The position numbers and the translations under genes were made by a program. Below, one piece after another: positions 28,642-37,930 of a DNA stretch of 64,000 bases. The notes below the pieces were generated by a model. That model was not told the origin of the DNA and searched no databases. It saw nothing but the letters and a program-made list of their open reading frames with translations. The DNA is from Micromonosporaceae bacterium (GTDB taxonomy: Bacteria > Actinomycetota > Actinomycetes > Mycobacteriales > Micromonosporaceae): positions 1,722-65,721 of the forward strand of contig JBDZVD010000024.1 in the NCBI GenBank assembly GCA_040255525.1. Direction: 5' to 3'. Every line of letters begins with the position of its first letter. The first letter of the stretch is position 1.

Positions 28642-29562
28642 TCAGTTCCGGGAGGCGAGCGCCCGGGCGAAGAAGGCCACGTTCCTCGGCCGCTCGGCGA
28701 GCCGGCGCATCAGGTACCCGTACCACTGCTCGCCGTACGGCAGGTAGACCCGCACCTGGTACCCGGCGGCGACCAGCCGGCGCTGCTCCTGCGGCCGGAT
28801 GCCGTAGAGCATCTGGAACTCGAAGTCCTCCGGCGACCGGTCGAACCACTTCGCCCGGTCCTCGCCGATCGCGATCAGCCGGGGGTCGTGCGTCGCGATC
28901 ATCGGGTACCCGGGTCCGGACATCAGGATGTTGAGGCACCGCACGTACGATTTGTCGACTTCGACCGGGGACTGGAACGCCACCGACTCGGGCTCGGAGT
29001 ACGCCCCCTTGCAGAGCCGGATCCGGGAGCCGGGGACGGCCAGCTCGCGGCAGTCGCCCTCGGTACGCCGCAGGTACGCCTGGAGCACCGCGCCCGCGGT
29101 CGGGAAGTCCCGGCGCAGCCGGGCCACCGTGTCCAGGGTCAGGTCGGTGGTCGCCGCGTCCTCCATGTCCAGCGTGACCGTGGTACCCGACGACGCCGCG
29201 GCCTCGCAGATCGCGTGCGCGTACTCGTACGCCAGGTCCTCGTCGAACCGCTGCCCGAGAGCGGAGAGCTTCACGCTGACCTCGGCGGCCGGGGTGACCC
29301 CGGCGCCAGCGAGCGATTTGAGCAACCGGAGATACTCGTCCTTGGTAGCCGCCGCCTGCCCGGCAGTCTGCGTGTCCTCACCGAGATAGTCCAGAGTGAC
29401 CTTGAGTCCCTCCGCGACGAGTTCGCGGGTCGCGCGCAACGCGTCGTCGGTGGAGGCACCAGGCACGAACCGTCGTACCACGTCCCGGCTCACCGGGACG
29501 GTCTGCACGAGCCGCTCTACCCGCGACGACCGGGCGGCGGCGAGGATGACCGTTCGGAGCAT
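28642..29562 (-). CDS. proline dehydrogenase
   Basis: SVKLSALG, TLDMED, QAYLRR, RLCKGAY, ATHD, FEFQMLYGIR, YLPYGEQWYGYLMRRLAERP. Confidence 0.85.
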   Translation of the reverse strand: MLRTVILAAARSSRVERLVQTVPVSRDVVRRFVPGASTDDALRATRELVAEGLKVTLDYLGEDTQTAGQAAATKDEYLRLLKSLAGAGVTPAAEVSVKLSALGQRFDEDLAYEYAHAICEAAASSGTTVTLDMEDAATTDLTLDTVARLRRDFPTAGAVLQAYLRRTEGDCRELAVPGSRIRLCKGAYSEPESVAFQSPVEVDKSYVRCLNILMSGPGYPMIATHDPRLIAIGEDRAKWFDRSPEDFEFQMLYGIRPQEQRRLVAAGYQVRVYLPYGEQWYGYLMRRLAERPRNVAFFARALASRN

Positions 29563-29632
29563 GGGGCGAGCGTAACGCCCGCGAATAGCTCGGACCCGCT
29601 AACCTCTGTTCCGGCCGACTGGAGGACGGATC

Positions 29633-30637
29633 ATGCACCGGATCAGCTCTGAGCCCCGGCCGGGGTGGCAGCAGACGGTACGCGACCAGGGGGTTTCCCT
29701 CGCCCATTGGGACGAGACCGCCTGTTATGTCCTCGACCTTCCCGAGGTGCTGCGGTTGGAGGCGCTGACCGAGGAACTCTACGAGATGTGCCTCGCGGCG
29801 GTCCGGCATGTGATCGAACAGGGCAGGTATGCCGATTTCGGCGTCCCGGAATGGGCCATCCCGGCGGTCCACGCGTCCCTGCTGTCCGGGGCGCCCAGCC
29901 TGTGCACCCGCCTCGACCTGTGGCACGACGGCAACCGGCCGCCGAAGCTTCTGGACTGCCGACCGGACGTACCGGACGGGCTGGTGGAGACCTCGATCGC
30001 CCAGTGGTACTGGCTGGATCAGACCAGGCCGGACCAGGACCAGTGGAACAGCCTGCACGAGCGGCTGCTCACCGGCTGGCGGACGATCGCGAAGGAGCTG
30101 CGCTACCCCTCCGTCCACTTCGGCTGGTCCCAGCTGGACCCGACCGGCGGTGACGAGTTGACGGCCGGGTACCTGGCCGGCGTGGCCGAGCAGGCCGGCC
30201 TCGGCACCCGGCTGGTACCCATGCATCTGATCGGCTGGGACGGCCAGCGCTTCCTCGACGACGAGGGCGGCCCGATCGTCACCTGCTTCAAGCGGTACCC
30301 GTGGGAGTGGATGATCCGCGAGCCGTACGGCCGGCTGGCGCTGGCACCGGAGACCCCGACGACCTGGATCGAACCGCCCTGGAAACTCCTGCTGTCCGGC
30401 ACGCCGCTGCTGGCCACGCTGTGGCAGCTGTTCCCGGACCACCCCAACCTGGTGCCGGCGTTTGCCGGCCGTGCCCTGGAGCTGCCCGCGCCGCCGAGCT
30501 TCTCCGGCAACCCGGTCGTCTTGACGACGTGGATGGTCACCGGCGAGGACGGGCGGCCGCACTCCGCGGGAGCCGGGTTCCGCGAATCCGGTGCCGACGG
30601 ATACGAGCGGTTTGTCCCCCACTATGTAACAAGATAG
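29633..30637 (+). CDS. glutathionylspermidine synthase-like (pre-ATP-grasp) family protein
   Basis: Recognised from overall similarity to GspS-family proteins (RLDLWHDGNRPPKLLDCRPD..., KRYPWEWM, WKLLLSGTPLLATLWQLFPDHPNLVPA). Confidence 0.75.
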   Translation: MHRISSEPRPGWQQTVRDQGVSLAHWDETACYVLDLPEVLRLEALTEELYEMCLAAVRHVIEQGRYADFGVPEWAIPAVHASLLSGAPSLCTRLDLWHDGNRPPKLLDCRPDVPDGLVETSIAQWYWLDQTRPDQDQWNSLHERLLTGWRTIAKELRYPSVHFGWSQLDPTGGDELTAGYLAGVAEQAGLGTRLVPMHLIGWDGQRFLDDEGGPIVTCFKRYPWEWMIREPYGRLALAPETPTTWIEPPWKLLLSGTPLLATLWQLFPDHPNLVPAFAGRALELPAPPSFSGNPVVLTTWMVTGEDGRPHSAGAGFRESGADGYERFVPHYVTR

Positions 30638-30640
30638 CCA

Positions 30641-31231
30641 TTGGCATGCCTGGATTGCGCCGGCCGCCCCAACACCGTCTACCGTTGTCGCGTGAACTTC
30701 GACGCGTACGCCCACCGGGCCGTTGATCTCGTCAACGCACCGCTGGACGACCTCGATGACCTGAGGAGCCTGTTCGGCCCCGACAGCTGGATGCGGGACG
30801 GCACCACGGAACGCGACGTCGCCACGTTCCGCCGGGCCCAGAAACGGCTGCGCGAGGTGTTCGAACTGGGCACCAGCCACCGGGACGCGGAGGCCGTCGC
30901 GGCGCTCAACGCGCTGCTCGACGCGCATCCGGTGCAGCCGCGCATCTCCGGCCACGACGCCTCCGACTGGCACATGCACGTAACCAGCCGCGGCTCGTCG
31001 GTCAGCGCCGAGTACCTGGCCGGCGCGGTCTGGGGCCTCGCGGTCTGGCTGTGCGAGTACGGCAGTGCCCGGTTCGGGGTCTGTGCCGACGACCGCTGCG
31101 GCAACGTGTACCTGGACACATCCTCCAACTGCTGCCGCAGGTTCTGCTCGGAGCGCTGCGCGACCCGCTCGCACGTCGCGGCGCACCGGGCCCGCAAGCG
31201 CGCCGCGGACGCGCTGACGACGGTCAGCTGA
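30641..31231 (+). CDS. CGNR zinc-finger (ABATE-type) domain protein
   Basis: C-terminal CADDRCGNVYLDTSSNCCRRFCSERCATRSHVAAHRARKR is the CGNR zinc-finger signature. An alternative GTG start is at 30692. Confidence 0.8.
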   Translation: MACLDCAGRPNTVYRCRVNFDAYAHRAVDLVNAPLDDLDDLRSLFGPDSWMRDGTTERDVATFRRAQKRLREVFELGTSHRDAEAVAALNALLDAHPVQPRISGHDASDWHMHVTSRGSSVSAEYLAGAVWGLAVWLCEYGSARFGVCADDRCGNVYLDTSSNCCRRFCSERCATRSHVAAHRARKRAADALTTVS

Positions 31232-31250
31232 TCGGTCGGCGGCACACCAC

Positions 31251-32075
31251 TCAGACATCCACAGTGGACGCCTGAGTCAGGTGCGTGCGCGCGAACGCCA
31301 GCGCCTCGGCCAGGTCGGACTCCCGCTCGGCACGGCTCGCCGCGCGCCGGGTGGACACCTCGACCGCGATCGAACCGGTGAAGCCCCGACCGGCCAGCGA
31401 CTCCAGCAGCGCGGCGCACGGCTGGGTGCCCCGGCCGGGGACCAGGTGTTCGTCGCGCGCCTCGCCGGTGCCGTCGCCGAGGTGCACGTGCGCCATCGAC
31501 GACCCCATCGCGTCGGCGAGAGTCAGGGAGTCGGTGCGCGCCGCGGCGCAGTGCGAGAGATCCAGGGTGTACGCGTCGAAGCCGACCTTGGTCGGGTCCC
31601 AGCCCGGCGCGTACGGCACGAATTCCCGCCCCGCCATCCGCACCGGGAACATGTTTTCCACCGCGAAGGTGATGCTCGGGTGCTCCTGGCGCAGTTTGGC
31701 GATCCCGGACACGAACGTCCGGGCGTAGTCGCGCTGCCAGGTGAACGGCGGGTGCACAACGACGACCCCGGCCGACAGGGACTCGGCGAGCGCGGCGCTG
31801 CGGCGCAGCCGCTCCCACGGGTCCGGGCTCCACACCCGCTGGGTGACCAGCAGGCAGGGCGCGTGCACCGAACTCACCGGCACGCCGTAGTGCTCGGACA
31901 GGCCGCGCAACGCCCCGGCGTCCTGGCTGACCGCGTCGGTCCAGACCATCACCTCGATCCCGTCGTACCCGAGGGCGGCGGCCATCGCGAACGCGGCCGA
32001 GGTGGGCTCCGGGAACACCGACGAGGTCGAGAGCAGGACAGGAATCACACTGCCAGCGTATCTCCGGGCCGGCAC
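31251..32075 (-). CDS. sugar phosphate isomerase/epimerase (xylose-isomerase-like TIM barrel)
   Basis: Family-typical pattern (GYDGIEV..., VVVHPP..., FAVENM..., HVHLGDG). From memory, syntenic with Rv0498. Confidence 0.75.
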   Translation of the reverse strand: MPARRYAGSVIPVLLSTSSVFPEPTSAAFAMAAALGYDGIEVMVWTDAVSQDAGALRGLSEHYGVPVSSVHAPCLLVTQRVWSPDPWERLRRSAALAESLSAGVVVVHPPFTWQRDYARTFVSGIAKLRQEHPSITFAVENMFPVRMAGREFVPYAPGWDPTKVGFDAYTLDLSHCAAARTDSLTLADAMGSSMAHVHLGDGTGEARDEHLVPGRGTQPCAALLESLAGRGFTGSIAVEVSTRRAASRAERESDLAEALAFARTHLTQASTVDV

Positions 32076-32204
32076 TCCGATCCGAATCGTTGGGACAATA
32101 TGCGCCTAACGTCCCACTTCGGCCGCGTGACGGGCGGCCCATCCGCCGGTCAGCCCCAGCACCGTCCCCGGTCCATCGCGTGACCGCGCCGCGCAAGCCC
32201 AGGA

Positions 32205-33131
32205 TCAGCTCTCCAGGATGTCCAGCCGGCGGAGGATCACGCCCTCGCGCAGCGCCCAGGGGCAGATCTGCAGCTCGTCGATGCCCAGCCGGCGCATCGT
32301 CGCCTCGGCCACCACGGCGCCGGCCAGCAACTGGTGGGCCCGCGGGGCGCTGACCCCGTCCATCTCGCCCAGGGCACCGGCCGGAATGTGCCGGATGAAG
32401 CCCAGCACCTGGTGCAGGCCCGTCCGGGTGAGTACCCGCGGCACCAGCGGCCCGGCTTCCGACGGCTCCGCGCCGGCCAGCCGGGCCAGAGTACGGAAGG
32501 TCTTCGAGGTCGCCACCGGCCGGTCCCAGCCGCTGGGCTCGATGACCCGCGCCGCGCCGTCCACCACCTTCCCGGCATACTCGATCAGCGCGTCCACGTC
32601 GGCGGCCCTGGGCGGCGAGCCGTGCAAACGCTCCCGGGTCAGCCGGCCCGCGCCCAGCGGTACGGACAGCGCGATGTCCGGCTCCTCGTCGATGCCGGCG
32701 GCCAGCTCCAGCGACCCGCCGCCGATGTCCAGTACCAGCAGCCGCCCGGCCGACCAGCCGAACCAGCGCCGTACCGCCAGAAAGGTCATCCGCGCCTCGC
32801 CCTCGCCGGAGAGCACGCGCAACTCCACCCCGGTCTCCCGGCGGATCCGGGCGAGCACCTCGGCGCAGTTCGCGGCGTCCCGAACCGCCGAGGTGGCGAA
32901 CGCCAGCAGGTCCTCGGTCTGCAGCCGCTCCGCGGCCTCGCGGGCGTTCCGGACCGCCTCGACGAGCGCGTCCGCGCCCTGGGTGGACAACCGGCCGTCC
33001 GGCTTGATCTGCTCGGCCAGGCGCAGGACGGCCTTCTCCGAGTGGGCCGGCCAGGGATGGGCACCGGCGTGCGCGTCGACGACAAGAAGATGCACCGTGT
33101 TGGAGCCGACGTCGAGGACACCGAGACGCAT
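32205..33131 (-). CDS. ppx: Ppx/GppA-family exopolyphosphatase
   Basis: [46 protein letters not shown]. The track ORF running to 33926 is an antisense-overlapping over-extension. Confidence 0.85.
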   Translation of the reverse strand: MRLGVLDVGSNTVHLLVVDAHAGAHPWPAHSEKAVLRLAEQIKPDGRLSTQGADALVEAVRNAREAAERLQTEDLLAFATSAVRDAANCAEVLARIRRETGVELRVLSGEGEARMTFLAVRRWFGWSAGRLLVLDIGGGSLELAAGIDEEPDIALSVPLGAGRLTRERLHGSPPRAADVDALIEYAGKVVDGAARVIEPSGWDRPVATSKTFRTLARLAGAEPSEAGPLVPRVLTRTGLHQVLGFIRHIPAGALGEMDGVSAPRAHQLLAGAVVAEATMRRLGIDELQICPWALREGVILRRLDILES

Positions 33132-33149
33132 GCGGCATACGCTAGCCCG

Positions 33150-34046
33150 ATGAGCATCCGCGCGTCCGTCGACGAGCCGAACGACCCTCGCAGCCTGGAA
33201 GTGGGCCTGGACTACCCCCGGGAGTGGATCGAGTTCCCCGACCCCGCCGACCCGGAACACGTCGTCCGGGCCGACCTGACCTGGCTGCTGTCCACGTGGA
33301 CGTGCGTGTTCGGCAAGGCCTGCCACGGGATCATCAAGGGCCGTGCCGCCGACGGCTGCTGCTCGCACGGGGCGTTCTTCACGGACACCGACGACGAGAA
33401 GCGCATCCGGGACGCCGCGCGGAAGCTGACGCCGGAGACCTGGCAGCACCACCGGCGGGGGTTCAAGAACTACACCGAGATGGACACGATCGACGGCAAG
33501 ACGCCGGCGCGGCGCACGGCGACCCGGGACGGCGGTCCGTGTGTCTTCCTCAACGACGCGAGCTTTCCCGGCGGCGGCGGCTGCGCCCTGCACGCCCAGG
33601 CGCTGCGCGACGGCGTGCACCCGCTGGAGTACAAGCCGGACGTGTGCTGGCAGTTGCCCATCCGCCGGGACCAGGAGTGGAGCAAGCGCCCGGACGGGAC
33701 GAAGGTGCTGGTGTCCACGATCACCGAGTTCGACCGGCGCGGCTGGGGCGAGGGCGGCCACGACCTGGACTGGTGGTGCACGTCGTCGCCGGAGGCGCAC
33801 GTCGGCACCGAGCCGCTCTACCGCTCGTACGAGCCAGAGCTGACCGCGCTGATCGGTAAGAAGGCGTACGCCAAGCTGGCCGAGCTGTGCGCGGCCCGGA
33901 TGGACCTCGGGCAGGTCGCGCCGCACCCGGCGACGCCGAAGCCGATCCCGGTGATCGCGCTCCAGCCGGGCGGCCGCGAACCGGCGTCACCCCGGCGCGG
34001 GGCCAAAAGCGGCGCTCGGGGCGCCAACACCGCCACGGCCAACTAG
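33150..34046 (+). CDS. conserved Cys-rich protein of unknown function (Rv0495c-like position)
   Basis: The ATG at 33150 gives [13 protein letters not shown].... Cys clusters: CVFGKACHG...[16 protein letters not shown]...[20 protein letters not shown]. High GC3. Divergent from ppx. Confidence 0.7.
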   Translation: MSIRASVDEPNDPRSLEVGLDYPREWIEFPDPADPEHVVRADLTWLLSTWTCVFGKACHGIIKGRAADGCCSHGAFFTDTDDEKRIRDAARKLTPETWQHHRRGFKNYTEMDTIDGKTPARRTATRDGGPCVFLNDASFPGGGGCALHAQALRDGVHPLEYKPDVCWQLPIRRDQEWSKRPDGTKVLVSTITEFDRRGWGEGGHDLDWWCTSSPEAHVGTEPLYRSYEPELTALIGKKAYAKLAELCAARMDLGQVAPHPATPKPIPVIALQPGGREPASPRRGAKSGARGANTATAN

Positions 34047-34061
34047 CGAGGCGCGGCCGGC

Positions 34062-34745
34062 CTACGGCTCGAACTTGTACCCGAGGCCGCGCACCGTGAC
34101 GATGTGGCGCGGGGTCGACGGCTCCGGTTCGATCTTGGAGCGCAGCCGCTTCACGTGGACGTCCAGGGTCTTGGTGTCGCCCACGTAGTCGGCGCCCCAC
34201 ACCCGATCGATCAGCTGTCCACGGGTGAGAACCCGGCCGGCGTTGCGCAGCAGCATCTCCAGGAGCTCGAACTCCTTGAGCGGCAACGGCACCGCGTCAC
34301 CGGAGACGGTCACCACGTGCCGCTCGACGTCCATCCGCACCGGACCGGCAGCCAGTGTGGGGGCGGTCACCTCGACGGCCTCACCGGACTGCCGGCGCAG
34401 CACCGCGCGGACCCGGGCGACCAGTTCCCGTGGCGAGTACGGCTTCGTGACGTAGTCGTCGGCACCGATCTCCAGCCCGACCACCTTGTCGATCTCCGAG
34501 TCCCGGGCGGTGACCATGATGATCGGTACGTTGGACCGGGAGCGCAGTTGCCGGCACACCTCGGTACCGGACATCTCCGGCAGCATGAGATCCAGCAGGA
34601 CGATGTCCGCGCCGGTCCGGTCGAATTCGGTCAACGCCGCAGTACCCGTGGCCGCGACGGAAACCTCGAAGCCCTCCTTGCGCAGCATGTACGACAATGC
34701 GTCCGAGAACGACTCCTCGTCCTCGACGACCAGCACGCGGGCCAC
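34062..34745 (-). CDS. regX3: OmpR-family response regulator, RegX3/PhoP-like
   Basis: ARVLVVEDEESFSDAL, VLLDLMLPEMSG, and a winged helix (LTRGQLIDRVWG...DVHVKRLRSKIE...IVTVRGLGYKF). Synteny with gpm-senX3-regX3. Confidence 0.85.
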   Translation of the reverse strand: MARVLVVEDEESFSDALSYMLRKEGFEVSVAATGTAALTEFDRTGADIVLLDLMLPEMSGTEVCRQLRSRSNVPIIMVTARDSEIDKVVGLEIGADDYVTKPYSPRELVARVRAVLRRQSGEAVEVTAPTLAAGPVRMDVERHVVTVSGDAVPLPLKEFELLEMLLRNAGRVLTRGQLIDRVWGADYVGDTKTLDVHVKRLRSKIEPEPSTPRHIVTVRGLGYKFEP

Positions 34746-34776
34746 TACGCGCTTCCTTTCACTGGGTCTCGGCCTT

Positions 34777-36057
34777 TCACCGCGCCTGGGCGGCGGAGTA
34801 TCCCGCCGCGATCACAACCGACGGCGGTAGCGGAAGAGCGGCGTCCGGTGGACGCGCGGGCAGCCGCAGGATGAACGTCGACCCCTCGCCAACCGTACTG
34901 ACCACGTCGACCCGGCCACCATGATTGGTCGCGATGTGCTTGACGATCGCCAAGCCGAGGCCGGTGCCACCGGTCGCCCGCGAGCGTGCCTTGTCGGCCC
35001 GGTAGAAGCGCTCGAAGATCCGGTCGAGATCCTTCGGCTCGATGCCGATGCCCCGATCGGTCACGGCGATCTCGACGAAGTCACCGTTCACACCGGCCGT
35101 GATCGTCACCTGGAGCGGCGGTTCGCCGCCCATGCCGTCCGGCGAGTACACGACCGCGTTCTCGGCGAGGTTGGCCACCGCCGTCATCAGCTGGCTCTCG
35201 CTGCCGTACACGGTCAGTCCACGGGTCCCGGAGAAGCTGACCTCGATGCCCTTCGCCGAGGCCGAGGTACGGGTGCGGTCGATCACCTCCGCGATGATGC
35301 GGTCGACCGGCACCGGCTCCGGCTCCGGCAGCGGCTCGCCGCCCTGAAGGCGGGACAGTTCGAGCAGCTCCGTGACCAGCCGTCCCATCCGGATGGATTC
35401 ATGCTGGATACGCTCGGCGAAGCGGCGGGCGGCCTGGGGGTCCGGCGGTGTCGTGGCGTCCGTCTCCAGCGCGTCCAGCAGCGCTTCGGCCAGCAGTTGA
35501 AGCGCCCCGACCGGCGTCTTCAGCTCATGGCTCACGTTGGCGACGAAGTCCCGGCGCACCCGGGCCACCCGGTGCGCCTCGGTGACGTCGGCCGCCTCGA
35601 CCGTCACGTGGCCGTCACCCAGCGCCACCGCCCGGAGGTGCACGCCGAGCGGATCCCGGCCGTCGCCCCTCGGCAGGTCGAGTTCGACCTCCCGCCGGGT
35701 ACCGGTACGCCGGGCCTGACCGGCCAGCGTACGCACGACGGTGTGCGCGACCGGGGCGCCCCCGGCCACGGTACCGGCGCGCAGCAGGCCGAGTTCCCGT
35801 GCCGCCGGGTTGGCCAGCACCGGGCGGTCCTGCTCATCCAGCACCAGCACGCCGACCCGGAGCGCGTCCAGGCTGCGCCTGCCAAGTCCCTTGGTCGACG
35901 CGTTCCGGCCGGGCTCTTCGTCCACCGAGTCCTCCGTGTCCGGAGCTGGATGCTGCTGGACCGGCCCGCCGCCTTCCTTGGCGCCGCGACGGCGCATCCA
36001 CTCCACACAGTGATCGTAGGCTCGCTGGTAACCCAGCGATTTCGCAGCAACGGACAA
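34777..36057 (-). CDS. senX3: sensor histidine kinase, SenX3/PhoR-like
   Basis: PAS-like region (VLVLDEQDRPVLANPAAREL), H-box (FVANVSHELKTPV), N-box (NLAENAVVYSP) and G-boxes (DRGIGI, GGTGLGLAIVKH). Start position is uncertain. Confidence 0.8.
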   Translation of the reverse strand: MSVAAKSLGYQRAYDHCVEWMRRRGAKEGGGPVQQHPAPDTEDSVDEEPGRNASTKGLGRRSLDALRVGVLVLDEQDRPVLANPAARELGLLRAGTVAGGAPVAHTVVRTLAGQARRTGTRREVELDLPRGDGRDPLGVHLRAVALGDGHVTVEAADVTEAHRVARVRRDFVANVSHELKTPVGALQLLAEALLDALETDATTPPDPQAARRFAERIQHESIRMGRLVTELLELSRLQGGEPLPEPEPVPVDRIIAEVIDRTRTSASAKGIEVSFSGTRGLTVYGSESQLMTAVANLAENAVVYSPDGMGGEPPLQVTITAGVNGDFVEIAVTDRGIGIEPKDLDRIFERFYRADKARSRATGGTGLGLAIVKHIATNHGGRVDVVSTVGEGSTFILRLPARPPDAALPLPPSVVIAAGYSAAQAR

Positions 36058-36078
36058 ACTGGGCAGCGATCACGCAGA

Positions 36079-36117
36079 ATTCACCACGCGGCCCCGTCCC
36101 GTTCACCGGGGTTCACC
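36079..36117. promoter_or_regulatory. PHO-box-like GTTCACC direct repeats upstream of senX3
   Basis: ATTCACC at 36079, GTTCACC at 36101 and GTTCACC at 36111, lying 20-60 bp upstream of the annotated senX3 start on the opposite strand. Confidence 0.35.
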
Positions 36118-36339
36118 GCAGCGACGCTCCGTGGATCTACCATCACGCCAAACGCGAGCAAAACCGCTGCTCAAGCCCGGACCGGGCGGCAGCGAGAGTT
36201 CCCGCGTGACCGGCCTGGACGCAACGCAGCCCGGAACATCCGCCGCTTGACCGGGCTGGCCGGGCGCCAGCCGGCGGCCGCCTGCCTGGAACAGTCCGCC
36301 CGGGCGCCCAGCCGCTGGCTGGGTGCCCGGGCGTTCGGC

Positions 36340-37092
36340 TCACCGGCCCTGGTTGGCCACCGCCGCGGCGGCTTCCGCGGCCGCCTCCGGGTCGAGGTAC
36401 CGGCCGCCGGTCACCCTGGGGCGCAGGGTGGCCGGGTCGAGGTCGTAGCGCAGCGGGATCCCGGTGGGGATGTTCAGCTTCGCGATCGCCTCGTCCGAAA
36501 TCTGGTCCAGGTGCTTGACCAGCGCCCGCAGCGAGTTGCCGTGCGCCGCCACCAGCACGGTACGACCGGTCAGCAGGTCTGGCACGATCGCGTCGTACCA
36601 GTACGGCAGCGCCCGGGCCAGCACGTCCTTCAGGCACTCGGTACGCGGCCGGGCCTCGATCGGCAGGGCCGCGTAGCGCGGGTCGTCGACCTGGGAGAAC
36701 TCGTCGTCCGCCTCGATCGGCGGCGGAGGGGTGTCGTACGAGCGGCGCCACAGCATGAACTGCTCCTCGCCGTACTCCTCCAGGGTCTGCTTCTTGTTCT
36801 TGCCCTGCAAAGCGCCGTAGTGCCGCTCGTTGAGCCGCCAACTGCGACGCACCGGGATCCAGTGGCGGTCCGTGGTGTGCAGGGTGATCTCCGCGGTCCG
36901 GATCGCCCGGCGCAGCACCGAGGTGTGCACGACGTCCGGCAACAGCTCATTCTCGCGCAGCAGCTCACCGCCGCGGCGCGCTTCCTCCTCGCCCTGCGCC
37001 GACAGGTCCACGTCGACCCAACCGGTGAACAGGTTCTTCGCATTCCATTCGCTCTCGCCGTGGCGGAGCAGCACGAGGGTGCCCACAGTCAT
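36340..37092 (-). CDS. gpmA: 2,3-bisphosphoglycerate-dependent phosphoglycerate mutase
   Basis: [55 protein letters not shown]. The ATG at 37092 is chosen (or 37101); the track start at 37290 is an over-extension. Confidence 0.9.
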   Translation of the reverse strand: MTVGTLVLLRHGESEWNAKNLFTGWVDVDLSAQGEEEARRGGELLRENELLPDVVHTSVLRRAIRTAEITLHTTDRHWIPVRRSWRLNERHYGALQGKNKKQTLEEYGEEQFMLWRRSYDTPPPPIEADDEFSQVDDPRYAALPIEARPRTECLKDVLARALPYWYDAIVPDLLTGRTVLVAAHGNSLRALVKHLDQISDEAIAKLNIPTGIPLRYDLDPATLRPRVTGGRYLDPEAAAEAAAAVANQGR

Positions 37093-37614
37093 GCCGTCCA
37101 TCCTGCCCGACCGGTCCGGGCGCAGGTCAGCCGGCCGGGGGGTGGGGTGGCGGAACCGGCCCGGCCGGGCCGGCCTGGTTGAATATCTGGCCGCGGCCCG
37201 TACCGCGGTCGACGACACCGACCTGGCCTCGCAGCCGTCGTGACACAGCGCTGACCTGTCGTTACCCGGAGAACCGGAGCGCCGGGACAAAGACCGGAAA
37301 CGCCGGGTTCAGAACGCGCGCGACGACCGATCTTGCCGTATGGTCGCATGTCTATGGAGAGGGACACTCGGCCAGGGCCGGTATCCGGCCCGGCATCAAC
37401 CGATGGGCAACACGTCGTAGGCGTCGCACACGTACCGGATCTGCGCACCATCCTGAACGAGAACACCGCGAGCGACCTGCCGCTCGTCCGCACAGCCCAG
37501 ACCCAGCCGACCGACTCGCCGGCCCGACCAACCCATTGACTGTCGACGTCGGTACGGCGGGCGGGGTGACGCGGACCCCCGGGCCGCGCCAACCTCGCCT
37601 GCCGCACTGACACC

Positions 37615-37663
37615 AAAAGGGTTCGCCGCGATCCTTCGGGATGCCGACGAACCCTCTTTGGTT
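37615..37663. terminator. bidirectional intrinsic terminator-like hairpin
   Basis: AAAA-GGGTTCG-CCGCGATCC-TTCG-GGATGCCGA-CGAACCC-TCTTTGGTT. It has a 7-bp outer stem, a 4-bp inner stem and a TTCG loop. T-runs follow on both strands (TTTTGG on the minus strand). Confidence 0.6.
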
Positions 37664-37930
37664 CCGGTGGCGTGCTACGTCCCCCAACGTGTGCCACCAG
37701 ACGGGCTGCTCGGTGCACCGCCGTTTCGACCCCCTCGAACGACTGGCCGGCAGCGCGTCTGGCGTTAACGTACGGGGCGCGGTAACGACCGGGCAAGCAG
37801 TTTCTGTTGTAGCCTCGATCACAAGCCGTAACCGGTTTCGGGAAAACCGTTACGGGGTAAGCCTCTCGTACCAACTGTCCGATGTGGTCACTCGCGCGGC
37901 CGGGGGTCGCGGCCGGGGTGGAGCGTCCAC

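Noticed and set aside
29378-33138. 626-aa and 819-aa minus-strand ORFs (29378..31258 and 30679..33138) spanning several plus-strand genes.
   Set aside because: The sequences are extremely Arg/Gly/Ala/Pro-rich with no recognisable domains. They overlap the GspS-like, CGNR, isomerase and ppx genes, all of which have clear family signatures.
32205-34046. Long track versions of ppx (32205..33926) and of the Cys-rich gene (32334..34046).
   Set aside because: Each extension is antisense to the other gene and has a junk composition. Internal ATGs at 33131 and 33150 give proteins that start exactly at the conserved N-termini.
34921-37182. 753-aa plus-strand ORF across senX3 and gpmA.
   Set aside because: It is antisense to two well-supported genes and has a junk composition.
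37661-37880. Possible identity of the structured segment as SRP RNA, 6S RNA, tmRNA, RNase P RNA or a known riboswitch (cobalamin, TPP, SAM, ydaO).
   Set aside because: I could not find the diagnostic motifs by eye: the SRP GGAA tetraloop with its AGCAGCC context, the B12 box, the TPP CTGAGA...ACCTGA, the RNase P GAGGAAAGTCC, or a tRNA-like GGTTCGAATCC end. A covariance-model search is needed before naming it.
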